Source: Microbotryum violaceum
Taxonomy: Eukaryota
Assembly: GCA_001244265.2 (NCBI GenBank)
Contig: CDLV01000018.1
Location: forward strand, 558,001 to 622,000
Reading direction: 5' to 3'
DNA length: 64,000 nucleotides
The notes under the pieces were generated by a model, which saw only the letters and a list, made by a program, of their open reading frames with translations, did not search any database and was not told the DNA's origin. Every line of letters begins with the position of its first letter. Position 1 is the stretch's first letter. Shown piece by piece: positions 52,615 through 64,000 of this stretch. The translations under genes and the position numbers were made by a program.

Positions 52615-55600
52615 ATGGCACCCGTCAAGCTCGACCCCGTCGTCAAGGTCTCGGGAGCTCCTTCGTCGTCTCTGAGTGAACGACGCAAGTCGGATGCCGC
52701 CAGGACCTCGCCTCCGAGCATGATCATGCTCAACAGCAGCAGCAACAGCAGCAGCAACAGCAGCGCCGCCAGCGCGCACGTTGTCCCGCGCGAAGCTTGC
52801 TCGCCCTCGCTCAATGCGACCGGCACCAAGGATGCGCTCGAATCCACGAATACGAGTGCGGTATCGACCCCGTCAGCTGGGCCCGCTGTATCGGGGCGAC
52901 CGACCCGATCGGGTACGGTCAAGAAGTCGAGCAAAGGATCGTCGTCCAAGCAACCCTCGCGTCGTCAGGACACCGTCACCGACACGGGCTTCGAAGGCGA
53001 TGTCGAGCAACACGGTCAAGCCAACGACTTTGTCGACCCCGATGACACCGACGAGGAGGCCACAACCGGTACTTCTGCTCGCGGAAGCCGTCCTCCCCTG
53101 GCCAACGCAGGCCGAGGAGCCGGTTCCGAGCGCGTATCCGAACAGATCCATGCCTCGTTCCCGGCCAACTTCCCCGACGAAGAGTCGGTCGCTCGTTCGA
53201 CGTTCCGCAACCGTAACCCCTCCATGTCGTCCCATCAACACCCCGGTCGCCTGCCTCTGAACCAACGTATGAGCTCGTCCCGGTCGGCTAGCACTGGACG
53301 ACCCCGAGCAAGTTCGATCTCGAGCACGCGGTCCCACGAAGCGACGAGTCATCCGTTCCCCACTCCAGGCCACAAGGCCCACGGCGGAGCTCCCTTTGAT
53401 GGCTGGAAGTCGGTTGAAGAGAAGCGGCTCGACGAGGACGAGGCTAAGGAGAAGCACTGGAAGCGCTGGGGACCCTACGTCTCTGAACGCCAATGGGTGA
53501 GTTGCACCTCGCAAAGCCACGGCCGTAACTTCTTCACCGACTGACCTTTTATCCACCCTCTTTGTCTCCAGGCGACCGTCCGCGAGGACTACTCGGCGAA
53601 TGGGGATGCCTGGTCCCACTTCCCTCACGAACATGCTCGTTCGCGAGCGTACCGCTGGGGAGAGGATGGACTCGCCGGTATCAGTGACAACCATGGCCGC
53701 ATGTGCTTTTCCGTCGGTCTGTGGAATGGCGTCGACTCGATCCTCAAGGAGCGAATGTTCGGTGTGACCGGTCATCAGGGCAACCACGGCGAGGACGTCA
53801 AGGAACTCTACTATTACCTTGATTCGACGCCGACGCACTCCTACATGAAGATGCTGTACAAGTACCCGCAGCGCGAGTATCCTTACGAGCAGCTCGTCCG
53901 CGAGTCGAGCAACCGTGGTCGTGACGTCGGCGAGTTTGAGATTACGGACACGGACGCTTTTGAGGACAACCGCTACTGGGATATCTTTGTCGAATACGCC
54001 AAGGACGAAGACTGCGCCGAGGGCATTTCGATCCGCATCACCGCATACAACCGTGGCCCCGATCCGGCCACGCTTCATATTTTGCCTCAGCTCTGGTTTC
54101 GCAACACTTGGTCCTGGCCAAAGGACAAGCCCGAGGGCGACAAGATGCCTTCGCTCCAGCAAGTCGGTGAAGGTGTAGTTGAAGCGAAGGAACCTCATCT
54201 TGGCCGCTACTATCTTCATGCCAACTCTTCGCCGGCGCCGGTGAACCCGAGGCAGAAGGGCGAAGACGAGACCGTCTTCACAGATGAGATCGTCGTTCCC
54301 GAACTGCTCTTCACCGAGAACGATACCAACTTTAAGCGCCTCTACGGTGGCCACAACGTCACTCCTTACGTCAAAGACGCTTTCCACGACCACGTCATCC
54401 GCAAGCACCGCCCTGCCCTACCCAAAGTCGCCAAGGCTCGAGCTTCGGCTCCTGATGAGAGCGAGTACGATTCGGACAAGACGACGGGCGAGGCAACGCC
54501 GAGGACCGAGGACGGGTCGCGCACGTCGTACGTCGAATCCGACACCGAGGAGGAGCAAGAGGACGACCGCGAATTCGTCAATCCCGAGAAGAAGGGTACC
54601 AAGTGCGCTGCGCACTACGTATTCCGCGACGTCCCTGGAAACGGCGGATGCGCCGTCGTGCGTCTCAAGCTGACGCCCAAGACGGCCGAAGAGGACGCGT
54701 CGATCCAAGACGAGGAGAGCTTTGACTGGGTCGTCGAGGAACGCCGCATGGACTCGGACGAGTTCTACTCGAGGTTCAACTCCGGTGCATTGAGCGATGA
54801 TCTGCGAAACATCATGAGGCAGGCCTTGTCGGGCATGCTCTGGTGAGTCTCCTCTCACCATGACGAACTGGCCGAATATCTTGATCACAGAGCACTGACC
54901 AAGACCACGGTTTTGCATTTGTTCACTGCACAGGACCAAGCAGTTTTACATGTTCATTCAGAAACAGTGGATCGAGGGTGATCCCGGACAGCCTGCACCG
55001 CCGGCCGAGCGCAAATGGATTCGCAATAACGACTGGAAGCACATGCATATCGAGGACGTGCTGTCGATGCCCGACAAGTGGGAGTACCCCTTCTTCGCGA
55101 TCTGGGACTCGGCGTTTCATTGCATTCCGCTCGCCATGATCGATCCGGCTTACGCCAAGAAGCAGCTCGACATCATGACGCGCGAATGGTATATGAAGCC
55201 CGACGGCGCCTTGCCCGCTTACGAGTGGAACTTCTCCGACGTCAACCCCCCTGTCCACGCATGGGCGACGTTCCGCGTGTTCAAGATCGAGCGCAAGATG
55301 CACGGCAAAGAAGACTTGCACTTCCTCGAGCGAGTGTTCCAGAAGCTGCTCATCAACTTCACGTGGTGGGTCAACCGCAAAGACGAAGGTGGCAACAACG
55401 TTTTCGAAGGCGGTTTCCTTGGGCTTGACAACATCTCGCCCTTCAACCGTTCCGAGCGCTTGCCGACCGGCGGAACGATGCGCCAGGCCGACGGCACGGG
55501 ATGGATGGGTTTCTACTGCCTGAGCATGCTCAACATCGCACTCGAGCTCGCCAAGCACAACCCCGTCTACGAGGACATTGCCAGCAAGTTCTTCGAGCAC

Positions 55601-56901
55601 TTCTTGTTCATCTCGGATGCGATGACCTTTGAAGACGGCCAGAACGAGATGTCGCTTTGGAATGACGAAGAGGGCTTCTACTTTGACGCCATCACATGGG
55701 GCCCTGGCGCGGTTAAGCAGCTCCCTGTGCGCTCGCTCGTCGGCTTGATCCCGTTGTACGCTACCTTGACGCTCGAGCCGGCGACCATCAAGAAATTCCC
55801 CGGATTTAAGAAGCGAATGGAGTGGTTCATCGAGAACCGCTCGAGCATGGCGAGGCGTAACATGGCCAACATGTCGCTCGGAGGTAAAGGTGATCGACGC
55901 TTGCTCGCGCTCGCGAACGAGGACCGCTTGCGTCGCATCCTCGAACGCATGCTCGACGAGCAGGAGTTCCTCTCGGACTATGGCATCCGATCGTTGTCGC
56001 GTCACCACAAGGAACACCCTTGGGCTATGGACGTCAACGGAGAGGAATTCTCAGTCCACTACTGGTGAGTGCTCGTTCACTCTGGGCTCGCTCGGTCCCC
56101 GCTTGCTCGGTCATGTTGCTTACCCGCGTCCCGCTCATGCTTTCACCCCTTTCGCAGGCCCGGAGACTCGCACTCGGCGATGTTCGGCGGTAACTCTAAC
56201 TGGCGTGGACCGATCTGGCTCGCAACAACGTTCCTGCTCATCGAGTCGTTGCAGCGTTTCTACCAATACCATGGCACCGCTTTCAAGGTCGAGTGCCCCA
56301 CTGGCTCTGGTGACGAGATGAATTTGGCCAACGTTGCCGACGAGATTCAACATCGCATTATCCACATCTTTGCCCGCGATCACGAGGGTAATCGTGCGTG
56401 CAACGGTGGCTCGGAGATGCTCAACAAAGACCCGCACTTCCGCGATTACGTTCCTTTCCACGAGTTTTTCCATGCCGACAGTGGCAAGGGTCTAGGCGCT
56501 TCACATCAGACGGGATGGACCGGTCTTGTCGCTTACATGATCTGGATGAGTGAGTCAATCACAGCAGGGAAAAACGCGAAACGCCCGAGAAGTGTCGCTG
56601 ATTATGCCCGTGGAACATGGTGGTGCTCACACAGCTGGATCCACGGCACGCTTGCCTCGAACTCCTCGCACCCCGAAGAGCGCTGCTTCACATTACTTCG
56701 ACGGTCAGTGCTACATGTGCCGGTACAGGTTTTAGGTTTCGTCTCATTTGATCTGACCTGGCCCTTCCATCTCGTTGCATCCTTTCTCGTGTCTTGCCGG
56801 TTACAGAAATTCCTGCGACACCCGGAGCGACCGATGTCGAGTACTCAGATGCCTGGAGCGGGTTCATGTCGGCGAGCGACATGTCGCCTTCGGAGCTCTA
56901 G
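52615..56901 (+). CDS. GH63-like / six-hairpin glycosidase (YMR196W-like) with long disordered N-terminus, multi-exon
   Basis: [96 protein letters not shown] and GLGASHQTGWTG. Confidence 0.93.
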
Positions 56902-57756
56902 TCGCGAACATAATCGCGCTCCCCTTGGCCATCGTTCTTACTGTTTGTATTCTCCGTTCAAGGAGTACTTACTCCTTTTCAAGTCTTCAACGCTTCACCG
57001 CCCTGTCCTCCTTCTCTCTCAAAATAGACAGTGATGTTCACCATGTCCTCGAAACGAGCTACTTTCTGCTTTCTCACTGTAAAGGTTCCCATAGAATGGA
57101 ATCGCCCTGCACCCTTTCTGCTCAGGCGGCCGAGCCACGCCCTTGGTATCCTCATGTTATCCCGAGATGCTATCTGCTAGGCCTGGACGAGACTCTGTCC
57201 CGCACAGCGCAACCGTCCCTTCCGCTTTGGCTCGTACGTGCGCGCTTGCAGTAGCTCTGCACGCTTCCGACCAAACCACCCTCCAAAGTGTACGGATTGG
57301 TACCGATGCGCATCGTTTATTCGTCTTTGATGATAGCGAGCAACCTTCATCGGATCAAGCGACGTCAAGACTTTACAAAAATACGACTACATCATGGAGC
57401 AACAGAGATTTGAAGACGCTGTGGAGTGCATAGACACCACGCTCGATCTCAATCCCATGTCGGCCACACCGGCTTGATCCTCGAGGAGGATCACTTTAAA
57501 TCATCCATGACGGACCAGTATCAGAGGTTACAGAGGTTAACATTGCTACAAGCCTATTCCGGACTAGGCTTCGAGTTTTAGCCCTCGAAGAGTAGGAAGG
57601 CAGAAGTTTTCGTTAATATTCGGCCGTCAATTTACCTTACACGAATCCGGTAGTATCTCATCGGAATGGTTTAGCAGATAAATAGAAGAGTGAGTCGGGT
57701 GGGTACGCATTCCATCACCCATCTACCACAACATATGCGAAGTATGTGGCTACGTG

Positions 57757-60700
57757 CTACGTATTAACGGTAGGCGTCGCCGAGCGCGTGGACCCGGTCG
57801 GAGGTGTCGGCCCTTCCTCGCTTTCGCTTTGCTTCCTCCAGAGCTCGGCGTACACGCCATCCTGCTCGAGCAGCTCATTGTGCTTCCAGAATGAATTAGG
57901 GAAGTATCAGCAACCCGCATATCGTCGTTCATGGCTTTATTATCGTCACTCACCGATCCCGATTCGACGATCTTGCCCTCGGCAAGCACATGAATCACGT
58001 CGCAATCGACACTGCCTCAGAAGCACAGAGGTCAGAATTAAATTTTCCAAACATTCGAATATGTGTTTCCAGTACATACATAGTCGAAAGTCGATGCGCG
58101 ATCGCGAGTGTCGTCCTGCCACGCGACAGTTCGCGCAGTCGAGCTTGAATCAGTCGCTCGTTGGTTGTGTCGAGTGCCGAAGTCGCTTCGTCCAACAATA
58201 AAACTTTCGTCAGGGGAGCGTAAAGAAAGCGTTAGCAAACTTACAAATCCATATGAAAGCATTGGATGTTCGACCTACTGGGTGGGTTCTTGAGCAGGAC
58301 TCGAGCAATGGCGACGCGCTGCTTCTCGCCGCCGGACAAGCGCTGTCCTCGCTCTCCAACTCGAGTCTCGTAGCGATCAGGGAAAGACATGACTGGGGTT
58401 GGAGAGAAACCCAGTTATTTAGTCCACGTGACGACGAAGTATTTGAGGACACCCTGTCACTCACTCCTATCGTGAATCGCCGCTGAACTTGCTGCTTCGA
58501 TCATTTGCTCCGTCGTCGTCTCGATGCCGCCTCCGTACGCGATGTTATACCTGGCCGTCTCGTTGAATAAGATGCTCTCTTGCGGTACTAAACCGATCGC
58601 ATTCCTAAGCGTGACCTGCGAGTAATCCCTCACGTCCACTCCATCGACGAGGATGCGACCTTCGGACACGTCGAAGAAGCGATATACGAGGCGCATGATC
58701 GTGCTCTTGCCGCTTCCCGAAGGTCCGACAAGGGCGACGGATTGTCCCCGTTGAATCTTGAAGGAAACGCCTTTAATGGTTTGGGATTTGTCGTCGTATG
58801 AAAATTTGACGTTGTCGAACTCGATCGTGCCGCCTTGTCCGGGAGGGATGACGAGAGGCAAAGCGTTGGGACGGTCGACAATGTCCTTCTTCTCGTTGAG
58901 TAGTTCCATCAATTGCTCCGTGTCGACGAGGGACGACATTACCTGGCGATACAGCGTGGCGATTTGATTCAAGGGAGTGTAGAGTTGATTGAGGAACGAA
59001 GAAAATGTCACAAATTCTCCGACCTAGAGGGGGACCAAAGTCAAACGGGAAGCGATAAATCGGATGAAGCTGCAGGATGTGAAACCAGGCCTATACTCAC
59101 CTCAAGTTCGCCACGAACGATCCGTCGCGACAGGATGAAGGAACAGACGAGAAAGCCCACGGAGGAGATTCCATTTTGCATCAGCGACAACGAGTTCCAA
59201 GCCTGCTGAGCGATCAAGGCTGGTCAGAGATGAAACCACAATTTCGGTCGACACAGTCTCGGAGGACGATGAACACACACTGTAAACTTTGAAGGATCCT
59301 TTTTGGTACACTCGCAAGGCATTGCGCAGGCGCTCGGACTCGAATCGCTCGGCCGTGAAGATCTTAACGGTCTCCCAGTTGAATAACGTATCCGTCTTGA
59401 TCTGATGCATGAACTGCGACTCATCACGTAGCTTGCGATACAATTTGGTACGACTCTCAGCGAGTATGATAGACGTCGCGACGAAGACGATCGAAACGCC
59501 CGTGACGATGCTGACGATACCCCATCCGTATCGGTAACCGATCACGACCGCGGCAACGGGCAAGTCGATGATGACTGGGACGAAACTGAAGATGAGGATC
59601 TGGAAGAAGTCGTTGATCGCGTCGGCACGACCGAGAATGCGCAAAAGTTCGCCGGTCTTGCGATGGGTATGGTAGGATAAGGAGAGGTTGAGAAGACAAT
59701 CGAACGAGAGCATCGACATTTCTCGTTCCGAATATTGTTTGATAGGGAGAGACAGATATTGGTAGCTAGATTTGCAAGGTAAGGGCCCGTTAGTCGTCGA
59801 GACGATTCGCGGTGGCAAGAGCGCTCGCCCAAGACTCACAGCATAGCGCTCGATTCTTGCCAAAAGCTCATGACCGTGTAGAGGCCGACGTTGAGATAAG
59901 GCGGTCGACCGGCGGACAGATCGGATACGACGCGACCGAGCAAGAGCGGTACCCAGACGTTGACAACTCTCCTGAACAGCATCAGCCCGATGCAGACGAG
60001 CGACACGATCTGCAACGACAGCGACTTTGACGGCCACAGATAAGGGAACAGGATGCGCACGCGACTGAACAATGTCAGGATCGACAGTGATTTTGGGTCT
60101 GGCGGTCGGTTTGACGGGCTGCAAAAGAAAGAGGTGAGCTATTGTCTACCATCTGTGCGGCAATATCCGAGGCTACTGAGTCGACTTACGGCCTTGAAGA
60201 CCTTAATGGCCCGTATGCAGGTTTGCCCGGGATCGTGCCGTAGTCGTCGCTATCACCGTTCGCGAAGCCACCATTTCCGAGCAAACTCGCCCGCTCACCA
60301 GTCGTTAACCCATCCTTTGGTACGTAGGATCGCTTGTAAAGGAGCGAAGATTGCAGTAGGGAGAGCATAACGAGAAGCAACAGGCGGAGGGCGAGGATGC
60401 CGAGATGAATACTCGGCAAAGGTGTTGCTGGGGGTCGCATGGAAGCGTCTGTGCAGAAGAGGAAGAGTCCCGGGAAGTGCTTGTTATCAGGTCGCTGAGG
60501 ATGCGCTGCAAGACATTGACGCCCACCTTGCTGTACTACGCGGACGAAATAATATGCGACCGCGGCGTCAAAGGTGAGGCCGACCAGGACCAACGCCCGA
60601 GGATACACCCGACCCCAATCGGCTTGCTTTTTCCTTGCCCTCTCTTGCAGCTTCATGGCCACAACGCAGAGGGCGTACGACAGCAAGCCTCCGACGGTGT

Positions 60701-61155
60701 AAGGTATCATATGCCGGAATAGGGGCTCGGACGGCTCGAACGTCGACGTGATCAGCGACGCAATCACTGTGGGCGTCAGGTGTCAGCTCTGGGCATGACA
60801 GCGAAGTCCCCCGACCGGACGTACCCTGTGTCATACCGTCAGCAAAATAGGTCGCCGCAATGAGGTTGAAGAAGGCGACGATCCAGGTCCGTCTCGGTGT
60901 CTTGACGACGAGCACGACGGGCACGATCCCGTCCTCGTCCTCGCCGTCTACGGCGCTGGCGTTTGTTCTATTCGGTGCGTCTATTGGTCCATAGTCGGTG
61001 TCGGTTTCGACCCAATCTTGTGCCTGTATGCGCGCAATGAGCGCCACAAAGCCCTTGGCCGCGAACCGACCGAGCAGCAACAACAGCAAGGTCGACGGCA
61101 GCGCCAGTCGCAGCGTCGCCAGCGTAGACAACAGGTCGGCCATGTCGGAAACCAT
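57757..61155 (-). CDS. HMT1: ABC half-transporter, HMT1/ABCB6-like (heavy-metal tolerance), multi-exon
   Basis: N-terminal extra TM domain, [45 protein letters not shown], Walker [10 protein letters not shown], signature [23 protein letters not shown] and IAHRLST. Confidence 0.93.
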
Positions 61156-62790
61156 GGCGGATGCGAGTGCGAGTGGGGGTGCGCCGATCAGCAGCCTAAC
61201 AGGCAGGACGGCGGGCTCGATGCGGTGCACGCTCGAAGGACGGAAAGGGGCGTTTGCGAAGCCCCACACATTAATAATTGTGCGCGTCATTGCGCAAGCT
61301 GGCAAGCTCGCGCCGATCGGGCTCGAGGTCCGTGCGCACCTGGAGTCCGCTTGCCCGACTTGGAGAGGAACCCCCACTTGAAGTGCCGAAGCGCTTCGAA
61401 AGCCGATGGTTCCGAGACGTCAGGTTCCGCCGTTAAGTTTGGTAATGCCGATTCACGATCGATCCTGTCGATCCGGTTTTCCGGGCCGATCAATGCCAGG
61501 GTCTAACAATCATCAAGCTTCCTGTCGCCGAGCGACTAATGGAATGGGCGAATCGGCCGATCTAGACCCTCCGCCCCGCTGGCTGGCCCCTGCGCTCCGA
61601 CTAGCCTCAGGCCAGACTTGAGCCGGGGATGGCGCGGTGGCGGGCGAGCGCGTCAGCTCTGAGCGCCTGAGGAGGAAGCAGGCGCGGGGTACGGCTTCGG
61701 CGGGGCGGCCTGATGAAGCGCCGCTAAGAAAGCGCGCCCAAAAGGCTTTCCAAAAGGCTTTAGGTCTCATTAGGTACTCAAAGCTGATCATGACCGCTGC
61801 TAACGCGCGAGCCTTGCGTCTTGGCTGAACGCTGTTTCGCGACTCTTTCGCCTCCACCGGTTTTGTCGTACGACACCGACTACACCTCATGTGAGTGTTG
61901 TGGTCCCAGCCTCGACCGGGCACTCTGCACTGAAGGGGACGTGGGGACGGATGTGGAAGCTGGACGATGGAGGCGAGGATGCAGTCGCTGGCCGTGCTGG
62001 GACTCTGGGGAAGGCTCTGCGGTGACGTCTGTCCTGTGTTTGGGCGTGTGGGCGTGCATCGCGTGTGCGATTGCCAGTGGCTCACCCAAGCGGCCGACGA
62101 CCGATGCCACAGCTCCGTCTGTGCAGGTTGTATGAGCTGGCGATGAGTGCGGTCACAAATATGACCTCTGCCACTGGCTCAGAGCGCCGAGTCAGTACGC
62201 CAGGCAGGCCCAGGATGATGGATCCATTGCTTCATTAAGCACGGCGTCGACCATTCTCGACCATGTGTGATCGGCTCGCACGGGCGCGCGCGCGTTGCCG
62301 CGCTGCGGTGCTCGCCGACGGTCTGCCCGCTGTCTGGCCTCGCCTACTAAGTCGCCCGCGGTCGCCGTTAAAAGCGCCAGTTCGCGACGCCGATCCTTCC
62401 CCGCACGACGGGTCCTGCATGGTCATCGACGAGCCAGGACTGGTGTGGTCCGTCTGGGATAGATGCTGCTTAGGTGGGGTGCTCCACGCCCCACGCCCGG
62501 CCCCTGGTCCGCGTTGCTCCCGGCCATGACGCAACGTCCATACTTGCCGCAGCTCGCCCGTTTGGGTTTTTCCGGCTCATCGCCCCTCTTGGCTTTGGTT
62601 CCGGGCGGTTCCGCCCAATCTGCGCATCGCACTTCCTTTTTCATCGAAAATACGTCGCTAACAACAGTTTTGCGCTTTTTTCTACCTTGTCAGAGAATCG
62701 ATTCTCAGCAACCCCTGAGGAAGTTCACCGCGCACGCGGTCGTGCGCCTCGATCGTGCTTCCTTTTCCGAAAAGGCGAAGACTCTGCGCA

Positions 62791-64000
62791 ATGGGGGCTT
62801 CTACCGGGATGCTCGATCAGGTTGACGACGACCACGATCCGTCGTTCAAGACCGTGCAAATCGACGCCCGCGAAATTCTCGATACGTTCCCTCTCCCTCA
62901 TCTCATCGTCGACCCGGCCTCGCGACTGCACTCCATCAACGCTGCCGCTCGTCATGCGCTCGGTCTGCCGCTAGTACCCGAAGATGGCGCGACGCCTCGC
63001 ATCCGGGCAGACTCCCTCTTTTGGACCACGAGCGAGATGCCCGGCTCGACTGCAACCGAGAGGCTGTTAGGCGAGCTTTTTAGGCTATCCAAGGTCGAAG
63101 CGAGTTGGGGAAGCGCGGACGCGATCGAGCTCAAAAGTACCATCGTACCTGGTTTGAGATGGGCCGCGGAAATCAAAGTTCGATCATTCACACCCAAAGG
63201 TTCGGCTGGTGCATCGTTCGAGTCGCGTTCCGCACCAGGCGCTCTCGGCCAAACCTCGTCAACCTGGTTCTCGGTCGTGCTTTTGCGGCCTCTACCTGGC
63301 CGTTTCAATGCTCGAGACGCGACAACGTCGAAATCGGCTCCGTCATTCCCCCGCCCCGCCGGTTCTCTCGCTGAAGGGAGGCGGAGGGGCAGCAGCTCAG
63401 ATCAGACTCCGACGCTGTTTGCAACCGAGTGGGTGGGAGATCCATTTGCATGGGCGATGGGCCAATCGGTCGGATGGACAGGAATTGGCGAGTCCAAAGC
63501 GATGGTCGTCGACTCGGAGGAACCGTCGTCAGAGTCTGCCTGGGCACATACGGTGCACAATCTGACTTCGATCGCGCCTTCTGCATCCGACGACGAGGAT
63601 TCTAAAGGGCTTGGGTTTCTGGTCAGCTCAACCGTGAAAGCCACACCAACGTCGTCTGCTGCTCCATCTGCGCGACCGACTATGCGCATGCATCTCTCGG
63701 CCCTCCCTGCTCCGGGCACGCCTCCTCTCTCGTCCGCTGGTACGGGTTCGTCCAAAATCTCTAGCCGCGCCTCTCTGTTGACGAACGCTGGTGCCGCGAG
63801 CTCGCCGGCCACGAGCGCGCAGTCAGCGAAACCACCCAGCATGATGGGGCCGGAATCGCCTTCGGGCTTCGGGCTTAGCAACAGTCGGACAGCCGAACCC
63901 ATTCCTGAGGCCACTCAAGCCGACGTTTCTCTTCCTGGTCCGATACTGCCAACACCAGCGCAGGAGTTTGCTGCAAAGACCGCCATGGGCGTGACCGTCT
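62791..64000 (+). CDS. 5' part of a PAS-domain-like protein, probably a hybrid sensor histidine kinase (runs off the window)
   Basis: Frame is open from ATG 62791 to the window end, so it is missing from the ORF track. AREILDTFPLPHLIVDPASRLHSINAAARHALG is PAS-like. It ends ...QEFAAKTAMGVTV. Confidence 0.6.
   Translation, partial: MGASTGMLDQVDDDHDPSFKTVQIDAREILDTFPLPHLIVDPASRLHSINAAARHALGLPLVPEDGATPRIRADSLFWTTSEMPGSTATERLLGELFRLSKVEASWGSADAIELKSTIVPGLRWAAEIKVRSFTPKGSAGASFESRSAPGALGQTSSTWFSVVLLRPLPGRFNARDATTSKSAPSFPRPAGSLAEGRRRGSSSDQTPTLFATEWVGDPFAWAMGQSVGWTGIGESKAMVVDSEEPSSESAWAHTVHNLTSIAPSASDDEDSKGLGFLVSSTVKATPTSSAAPSARPTMRMHLSALPAPGTPPLSSAGTGSSKISSRASLLTNAGAASSPATSAQSAKPPSMMGPESPSGFGLSNSRTAEPIPEATQADVSLPGPILPTPAQEFAAKTAMGVTV

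Noticed and set aside
52873-56017. Long antisense ORFs (511 aa and 364 aa, and similar ones opposite HET-C, LPD1, ADH6, THR4 and the LINE)
   Set aside because: These are shadow ORFs caused by GC-rich codon bias of the sense genes and contain no motifs.

Overview
Intron-rich, GC-rich eukaryotic DNA. It most likely comes from a basidiomycete fungus (probably Pucciniomycotina, inferred from gene content, GT-AG introns and CTGAC/CTAAC branch points). The window holds about 21 protein-coding genes: EF-1beta, CWF19L2, HET-C, homoserine dehydrogenase, glyoxalase II, chitin synthase, Dam1, two tandem CRAL-TRIO paralogues, NDUFS4, an HSL-family hydrolase, LPD1, an ADH6-like dehydrogenase, threonine synthase, a GH63/YMR196W-like protein, an HMT1-like ABC half-transporter, the start of a PAS/histidine-kinase-like gene and several orphans. 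Non-coding features are an intronic U18/snR18 snoRNA in the EF-1beta intron, a tRNA-Gly(GCC) and several tandem repeats. The most striking arrangement is a 5'-truncated L1/Tx1-like non-LTR retrotransposon lying head-to-head about 40-50 bp upstream of the tRNA gene. This is the geometry of the tRNA-gene-targeting TRE5 elements of Dictyostelium. Gene spans include introns and exon boundaries were read by eye.
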